Shown piece after piece: positions 58,416-64,000 of a stretch of 64,000 bases of DNA (position 1 is the first letter of the stretch; every line of letters begins with the position of its first letter). Source of the stretch: an uncultured Chloroflexia bacterium (GTDB lineage Bacteria; Chloroflexota; Limnocylindria; Limnocylindrales; CSP1-4); contig CAVQJC010000006.1 of NCBI GenBank assembly GCA_963712745.1, positions 341,133 through 405,132 of the forward strand. Reading direction: 5' to 3'. The translations under genes were made by a program, and so were the position numbers. A model generated the notes under the pieces. That model was not told the origin of the DNA. It searched no databases and saw nothing but the letters and a program-made list of their open reading frames with translations.

Positions 58416-59036
58416 GTGGAGCAGCACGTTCTGGCCTACATCGGCCTCGGTGCCAACGTTGGCGATGCGCAGTGGTCGCTCGAGCGGGCGGTCTCGGCGC
58501 TGTCCGTGCTGCCCGCTGCCGCGCTCGCGGGCGTCTCGAGGCTCTACCGCACGCGCCCAGTAGGACCGGTCAAGCAGGTCGACTTCCGGAACGCGGTCGT
58601 GGCCCTGCGTGTGCCTGCCGGTGCCGCGCCGGCGGACGGGGCGATGTCGCTGCTGGTCGAGCTCAAGGGGCTGGAGCGGGTCATGGGCCGGGTCGACCGC
58701 CAGCGCTGGGGGCCCCGGGAGATCGACCTCGACCTGCTGCTCTTCGGCAACCACGCGTTGCGCGTCGAACGAGCGACCAAGGCACGAAGCGACGATCGGC
58801 CGCTGGGCAGCGCCCAGTGGCTGGAGGTGCCCCACCCGTCTGCGGCAGCACGACTGTTCGTGCTGGCGCCGCTGGCCGACCTCGCGCCGGACTTGCGACC
58901 CCCGGGCTGGACCATGAGCGTGGAGGAGGCACGGGCACGAGCCGAGGCGTCCGAGGGCCGCGGCGCCGTCTCGGTGACCGGCGAGTGGGACTACCGCACT
59001 GCCCGCTGGCTGGAGCTGGCGCAGGAGTCGGGTTAA
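58416..59036 (+). CDS. folK: 2-amino-4-hydroxy-6-hydroxymethyldihydropteridine diphosphokinase
   Basis: YIGLGANVGD, SRLYRTRP, FRNAV, RWGPREIDLDLL, VPHP, FVLAPLAD. Confidence 0.95.
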   Translation: MEQHVLAYIGLGANVGDAQWSLERAVSALSVLPAAALAGVSRLYRTRPVGPVKQVDFRNAVVALRVPAGAAPADGAMSLLVELKGLERVMGRVDRQRWGPREIDLDLLLFGNHALRVERATKARSDDRPLGSAQWLEVPHPSAAARLFVLAPLADLAPDLRPPGWTMSVEEARARAEASEGRGAVSVTGEWDYRTARWLELAQESG

Positions 59037-59127
59037 CCCGCGAGCACCGCTCGCCCCTGCCCGACCCGCGGCGGGCTTTCGCACCCGGGCGTGCAGCGCA
59101 GTGGGCCGGCGCTCTGGCGCAGTGGGC

Positions 59128-60561
59128 CTACGGCAGCGACGGGAACTCGACGCGCAGGTCCTCGGCCAGTCGGGCGACCACCTCGGCATAGGCATCAGCG
59201 GTGGCCAGGTTGCTGATCTCCCAGGGGTCTTCGACCGAGTCGTACAGCTCGGTCTCGCCCGTCTGGTACTCGATGTAGTGGTAGCGCCCGAGTGGGTGCT
59301 GAGAGGTCGTGCGGATGGCCCAGAACCGGGGCGCGCTGCCGTATCCATCGGGCGCACCCTGCTCGCGCACGACGATGCGCTCGAGATGGTCGGCCTCGCC
59401 GTCGAGCAGCGGCAGGAGGGAGAGACCGTCGGCCGTCTCGGGTCCACCAGGGTACGGACCCATCTCGCAGCCGCCGATGGCGCACAACGTAGGCGCAAGA
59501 TCGATGTTGCTGACGACCTCGTCGACCACCACGGCCTCGTCACCCCAGCGCGCCGGCCAGCTGAAGACGAGTGGGATGGGCGTGGCGTAGGGCACGCCCT
59601 TCTGCTGGGGCAAACGGTGGATGCCCCAGGTGGAGCCGTTGTCGGCGGTGAGGATGAAGATCGTGTCATCGAGCCGGCCGCGCGCCTGCTGCTCCCGTAC
59701 CATCGCGCTGGCCAGCTCCTCCACGCCCAGCATCTCCTCGCAGTACGTCTTCAGCGGCCAGCCCGCCCGCGTTCGCTCCTTGCGCTCCTGGACGTATGCG
59801 GGCTTGTCGCTGACGTCGGCGCCGGAGCTGGGCGGGTCCCAGCGTCCGATGTTCCGGCAGCGCTCGTCACCCTCGTAGGCCGGCGCCGGTGTATTCGGCT
59901 CGTGCAGGTCGTGGATGCTGGCGAAGGCGAAGACCGGCTGGTCTGCCGGGGCCTCGCGCAGGTGCTCCACCAGTCGCCGCTTGGTGACCATGGTGCTGTG
60001 GTCGGCAGGTTCCTGGCCGAAGTGGGTGAGGCCCTCTCGATCCCACAGGTCGTAGTCGAAGTAGCGGACATTGGCCTCGTAGAGGATGTCGAACTCGTCC
60101 CAGGCCTCGGCGTGCCTGGAGAGCTCGTCGATGGGTACCTGGGGACGGACCTTGTTGAGGTACTTGCCCACCAGGATCGTGTGATAGCCGGCCTCCCCCA
60201 GCTCGCTGGCGAGGGTCACGCGCGGGTCGAACGGCGCCGCGACGTTGGTGTCGACCCCGTGGTTGAGCGTGTGCAGTCCGGTCAGAGTGCCGGCTCGGCC
60301 GGGGCTGCACAGCGGCGTTTCCGAGATGGCGTTGTCGAAGCGCACGCCTTGCTCCGCGAACAGGCCTGCCAGCGTGGGCGTGCGCGCCGGGTCGCTCCAC
60401 AGGCGCCCATCGTGTGGATCCACGTCGTCGAGGTAGAGCACGATGATGTCGGGCCGCTCGGCCGGCTGTGCGCTCGCGACCGAGCCCATGGTGAGCACGA
60501 GCAGGACGGTCAGCGCCATCGTTGCGGCCGAGGCCGCGCGCGAGGCTAGGGGACGGAGCAC
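59128..60561 (-). CDS. Secreted Cys-type sulfatase
   Basis: PDIIVLYLDD, LCSPGRAGTLTG (CxPxR), GKYLN, ADNG, NIDLAPT, ELYD..DPWE; signal peptide; start uncertain. Confidence 0.9.
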   Translation of the reverse strand: MLRPLASRAASAATMALTVLLVLTMGSVASAQPAERPDIIVLYLDDVDPHDGRLWSDPARTPTLAGLFAEQGVRFDNAISETPLCSPGRAGTLTGLHTLNHGVDTNVAAPFDPRVTLASELGEAGYHTILVGKYLNKVRPQVPIDELSRHAEAWDEFDILYEANVRYFDYDLWDREGLTHFGQEPADHSTMVTKRRLVEHLREAPADQPVFAFASIHDLHEPNTPAPAYEGDERCRNIGRWDPPSSGADVSDKPAYVQERKERTRAGWPLKTYCEEMLGVEELASAMVREQQARGRLDDTIFILTADNGSTWGIHRLPQQKGVPYATPIPLVFSWPARWGDEAVVVDEVVSNIDLAPTLCAIGGCEMGPYPGGPETADGLSLLPLLDGEADHLERIVVREQGAPDGYGSAPRFWAIRTTSQHPLGRYHYIEYQTGETELYDSVEDPWEISNLATADAYAEVVARLAEDLRVEFPSLP

Positions 60562-60689
60562 GGTCAAGCCCTCGGTACGGAAGCTGCAGGCGGCTGCCTC
60601 GGACGGCACCGATGATAGTGCCATCGGACGCTCGGCCCCTGGCTCGGGGTGGCGCTGATCTCCAGGCTGGCCAGTGGCAGGGGCGTGCC

Positions 60690-62237
60690 TCAGTGGCGGA
60701 AGTGGCGTCGCCCGGTGAAGACCATGGCCAGGTGATGTCGGTCGGCGATCTCGATGGCCATCTCGTCGCGGATGGACCCACCCGGCTGGATGATGGCGGT
60801 CACGCCACGCTCGGCGGCCAGTGCGATGGCGTCGCCGAAGGGGAAGTACGCGTCGGAGGCCAGCACCGCTCGCGGCGCCCGGTCGGCCGCCCTGTGGAGC
60901 GCGATCTCGGTCGCGGTCAAACGGCTCGACTGGCCAGCGCCGACACCCACCAGTTGTGCGCCCTTGGCCACCACCACGGCCAGGCTGGTCACGTGTCGCA
61001 CCGCCCGCCAGGCGAACATCAGGTCGGTCAGCTCCTCCAGCGTGGGCCGCCGCCGCGTGACCACGTTGAGCTGGCTGTGGTCGACATCGAGCGCGTCCCT
61101 GGTCTCGACCAGCAGGCCGCCCTCGATGCGGTGGAAGTCGAGCTCGGCGATGCCATAGTCGGCCAAGGCACCGGCCACCGACGGCGGCACCTTCAGGGCA
61201 GCCAGCTCGGGCCGGGCTGAGAGCATGGCCCTGGCCCCCTCCGAGTAGGCCGGCGCCGCCACACCCTCGAAGGGGTTGAGCACGAGCTCCCGGGCGATGG
61301 CCTCGTCGATCTCGCGGTTGAAGGCGACCACCGCGCCGTAGGCCGTGACCGGGTCGCCAGCCAGGGCCCGCCGATACGCTTCCCGCCCCTCGTCGTGGGA
61401 AGCAAGGCCGACCGGTGTGCGCTGCTTGGCGATGGCGCACGTGGGCGCCGCGAAGTCGGAGGCCATGCGGTAGGCCGCGTCGAGGTCGATGAGGTCGTTG
61501 AAGGTGGGCTCCGGGCCCTGGATCTGCTCGGCATCAGCGAGCGAGCGCGTGCGGTGCGTGGTCTCGCGATAGAAGGCACCGCGCTGCTGTGGGTTCTCGC
61601 CGTAGGGCAGGTCGCGCTCCTTGCGTAGCACGATGTTCAGCAGTTCCGGAAAGCGCGTGCCGGCGATGTGGTCGAGGTAGGCAGCGACCTCGCCCTGGTA
61701 CGCAGCCAGCGCAGCGAAGGCCTTGGCGGCCAGGCGTTGGCGCACCTCGGCCGAGACGGCGCCGTACTTTCGGACCTCCTCGATGAGCAGCGGGTAGTCG
61801 GCCGCATCGCAGACGGCGGCCACGCCGCCGAAGTTGCGTGCCGCTGCGCCCAGCAGCGCCAGGCCCCCGACGTCGATCATCTCGACCGCTTCGTCGATGG
61901 CCACGATGCTGCGGCCGACCTGCGGCGCGAAGGGGCGGATGGAGACGACCACGATGTCGATGGCGCCGATGCCGTGCTCCGCCAGGCTGGCCATGTCCTG
62001 GTCCACGTGGCGTCGAGCGAGGATGCCGGCGTAGACCTGGGGGTGGTAGGTCTTGACCTGGCCGCCGATGAGTCCGGGCAGGTCGGTCAGATCCGCGACC
62101 GCGGCGACCTCGATGCCGTCGTCGGACAGCAGCGTGCGCGTGCCGTCGGTGGCATAGACCTCGATCCCCTGGTCGAGAAGCTCGCGCGCGAGATCGCCGA
62201 TGCCGGCGCGGTCCGCGACCGAGAGCAGGGCTCGCAC
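60690..62237 (-). CDS. purH: PurH (AICAR transformylase/IMP cyclohydrolase) homologue with many substituted motifs
   Basis: RALLSV, VKTYHP, YGENP, ASDAYFPF, IIQPGGSIRD, FTGRRHFRH; GAGGGAGG RBS. Confidence 0.85.
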   Translation of the reverse strand: MRALLSVADRAGIGDLARELLDQGIEVYATDGTRTLLSDDGIEVAAVADLTDLPGLIGGQVKTYHPQVYAGILARRHVDQDMASLAEHGIGAIDIVVVSIRPFAPQVGRSIVAIDEAVEMIDVGGLALLGAAARNFGGVAAVCDAADYPLLIEEVRKYGAVSAEVRQRLAAKAFAALAAYQGEVAAYLDHIAGTRFPELLNIVLRKERDLPYGENPQQRGAFYRETTHRTRSLADAEQIQGPEPTFNDLIDLDAAYRMASDFAAPTCAIAKQRTPVGLASHDEGREAYRRALAGDPVTAYGAVVAFNREIDEAIARELVLNPFEGVAAPAYSEGARAMLSARPELAALKVPPSVAGALADYGIAELDFHRIEGGLLVETRDALDVDHSQLNVVTRRRPTLEELTDLMFAWRAVRHVTSLAVVVAKGAQLVGVGAGQSSRLTATEIALHRAADRAPRAVLASDAYFPFGDAIALAAERGVTAIIQPGGSIRDEMAIEIADRHHLAMVFTGRRHFRH

Positions 62238-62357
62238 TCGGTCCTCTCCTCCCTCATGTCCGTGCGCGAGCGCGATCGCCCAGCGCGGGAGTCCGAGTAT
62301 ATCGGCGCCGTGCCCGGACGCTGTGCGCGCGCGGTGCCGTCTTGCTACCCTCGGGCC

Positions 62358-62822
62358 GTGAACCAGTCCTTCCTTGACTCGCTCTTCCTTGCGGGCGGAT
62401 TCGGTCCGGAGAACTTCCCGGACCTGTTCTATCCCATCAGCGTGGCCGCGCTCGTGTTCCTCATCGGCACGGTCGTGCTCTACAACGTGCAGACGCGCAG
62501 GCTCCACCGCCATCCTCCGCTGGTGAACCTGCAGGAGTGGCTGTTCTGGACCGGGCTCTCGGTCTTTGGGCTGCTGCTCGTCTACGCCATCTTCAAGTTC
62601 TACTTCGTCTTCGTGCTCATCACGCTCGTGGTCGGCATCGGCACGATGATCTGGATCCGTTTCTACCGCTTCCCGCCGCTCATCAGGGCCTACAACGCCA
62701 TCCTGCGGCGCGAGCAGTACCAGAGCCAGAAGCGGTACGCCTCGGCTGAGTCGACCATCCGCTCCAAGTCGAAGCCGCGCTCCCGGCCCAAGTCGAAGTC
62801 CAAGTCCAAGAAGAAGCGCTGA
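62358..62822 (+). CDS. Hypothetical 3-TM membrane protein with Lys/Ser/Arg-rich tail
   Basis: Strong GC3 bias, three hydrophobic segments, tail RSKSKPRSRPKSKSKSKKKR. Confidence 0.75.
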   Translation: MNQSFLDSLFLAGGFGPENFPDLFYPISVAALVFLIGTVVLYNVQTRRLHRHPPLVNLQEWLFWTGLSVFGLLLVYAIFKFYFVFVLITLVVGIGTMIWIRFYRFPPLIRAYNAILRREQYQSQKRYASAESTIRSKSKPRSRPKSKSKSKKKR

Positions 62823-62840
62823 TCGGTTAGAGGCTCCTGC

Positions 62841-63296
62841 GTGGAGGTCCTTCGTTTCGGTCCCGGCCTCCGGCGTGCCCGGCCTCCGTCCGGCACCCAG
62901 GGCCTGGCCGACCAGGTCATCTGGAGCGACCCTCGAGCTCGCATCACTGAGCTGGCCTTCTCGCGCCGTGCGCTCATCGCGCCGCAGACGAGCCCCGACC
63001 TTGGCCTCTTCATCGTCGTGGCCGGAGGCGGCTGGGTGCAGGTCGGGGACGAACGCACGACCATCAACCATGGAGAGGCGGTGGCCTGGCCGCCCCACGT
63101 CGCACACGGTGCCTGGACCGACGGCACGACCATGCGGGCCCTCTTGGTGGAGGTGCCCGACGTGGCCATCGAGTCTGCGCCCGTGCGTCTGTCCGATCCG
63201 CCAGCGGTCTCCGAGGTCACGCCTGCCCGAGGCCGCCTGGCCGACCGCGACGTCCGCCCAGAGGAGCACGATGGCTCCGAGGGTGAGCCCTGGTAG
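62841..63296 (+). CDS. Cupin-domain protein
   Basis: LFIVVAGGGWVQ...GEAVAWPPHVAHGAWT. Confidence 0.8.
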   Translation: MEVLRFGPGLRRARPPSGTQGLADQVIWSDPRARITELAFSRRALIAPQTSPDLGLFIVVAGGGWVQVGDERTTINHGEAVAWPPHVAHGAWTDGTTMRALLVEVPDVAIESAPVRLSDPPAVSEVTPARGRLADRDVRPEEHDGSEGEPW

Positions 63297-63323
63297 CTGC
63301 CAAGGCGGGGTCCGGCGGCTGAG

Positions 63324-63971
63324 TCAGCCAACCTCCCGTCCGAGGACTGCGCCGAGCTGTCCCAGCGCACGCCCCGTGGCGCCCCAGACACGATGGCCGG
63401 CCACTGGGTAGGCGCCGTAGCGCAGGTGCCACCCGCCCCGTTCCTCGTCCACGATCTCGACGGGGGCGTCGGGCAGGAAGTGGCGAACGGGCACCGTCAG
63501 GATGCGTGCCACCTCTCGCTCATCGGCGACCAGTGCCGGAGCGCGTTCAGCTACCGCCAGCACCGGCACCATCATGAAGCCCGATACCCGTACATCGACC
63601 GTCTCGAGCACACCCAGGGTGATCACGCCAGCCGCCTCGGCGTCGAGTCCCACCTCCTCGCGCGCCTCGCGCAGGGCCGTGCCTTCGGGGAAGGCATCGT
63701 CCGCTTCACGAGCACCGCCCGGCAGGGCCACCTGGCCGGCGTGGATGTGGTCGCCGCTGGGGCGCACCATCAGCACCAGCTGCGCCTCCCCGGCCTCATC
63801 CGGGAAGAGCAGCACGAGCGCGGCCGCATCACGTATGGGCCCGTCTCCGCTGCGACGGGCACCCGGCGGCAGGTAGCCGGCTCGCAGGATGTGGGCCTCG
63901 ATCTCGGGCCTGGGCGGCGGCAGCGGCGAGGGCAGGTCGGTCAGGAGCCGGCGAGCTCGATCGATGTGCAC
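63324..63971 (-). CDS. Nudix CoA pyrophosphatase (NudL-like)
   Basis: HAGQVALPGG, ALREAREEVGL, VWGATG. Confidence 0.9.
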   Translation of the reverse strand: MHIDRARRLLTDLPSPLPPPRPEIEAHILRAGYLPPGARRSGDGPIRDAAALVLLFPDEAGEAQLVLMVRPSGDHIHAGQVALPGGAREADDAFPEGTALREAREEVGLDAEAAGVITLGVLETVDVRVSGFMMVPVLAVAERAPALVADEREVARILTVPVRHFLPDAPVEIVDEERGGWHLRYGAYPVAGHRVWGATGRALGQLGAVLGREVG

Positions 63972-64000
63972 CTGCCGAAGCCTAGGGCCCCTCGGCGAAT

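Noticed and set aside
62238-62357. Possible ZMP/ZTP riboswitch upstream of purH
   Set aside because: Conserved elements (GACTGGCG, GTGGG..CCACCGGGGAG, CGCCTGGGC) are not present; only a TATACT -10-like hexamer and an RBS are seen

Overview
A GC-rich bacterial chromosome segment spanning the replication origin. It is most likely Chloroflexota, possibly a Limnocylindria-like lineage; this is an inference from protein style and gene context, not a database result. Left to right: HAD hydrolase, secA, a small Cys-rich ORF, prfB (with its programmed +1 frameshift), GNAT, hisN-like phosphatase, ftsEX-ctpA, a structured sORF/sRNA-like element, smpB-ssrA, jag-yidC-yidD-rnpA-rpmH, csaA, dnaA-oriC-dnaN-recF-dciA, a PP2C-like membrane protein, and a DUF151 nuclease. 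Next is a ~15 kb envelope locus: GT2, three GT-C enzymes, and an ArsR-pgsA-ino1-2x acyltransferase-PHP-pimA operon resembling a phosphatidylinositol-mannoside pathway. Then a methyltransferase, MFS transporter, otsB, a cupin, a complex I (nuo) operon, folK, a sulfatase, a degenerate purH, and Nudix/cupin genes. The strongest candidate for an undescribed system is the nuo operon. nuoI is split in two, and a three-gene electron-input cassette sits between the halves: NuoI(N)-NuoE fusion, a degenerate NuoF, and a NuoG(N)-GltD/NfnB-ferredoxin-NuoI(C) fusion. This suggests an NADPH-type flavoprotein grafted onto complex I through inter-subunit Fe-S clusters. The PIM-like operon, with a PHP phosphatase as candidate PIP phosphatase, is second. 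Single-base frameshifts in yidC, nuoC, nuoD and probably the pimA tail look like assembly errors. No CRISPR array, rRNA, tRNA or mobile element was seen. Many start codons were re-assigned by eye and are approximate.
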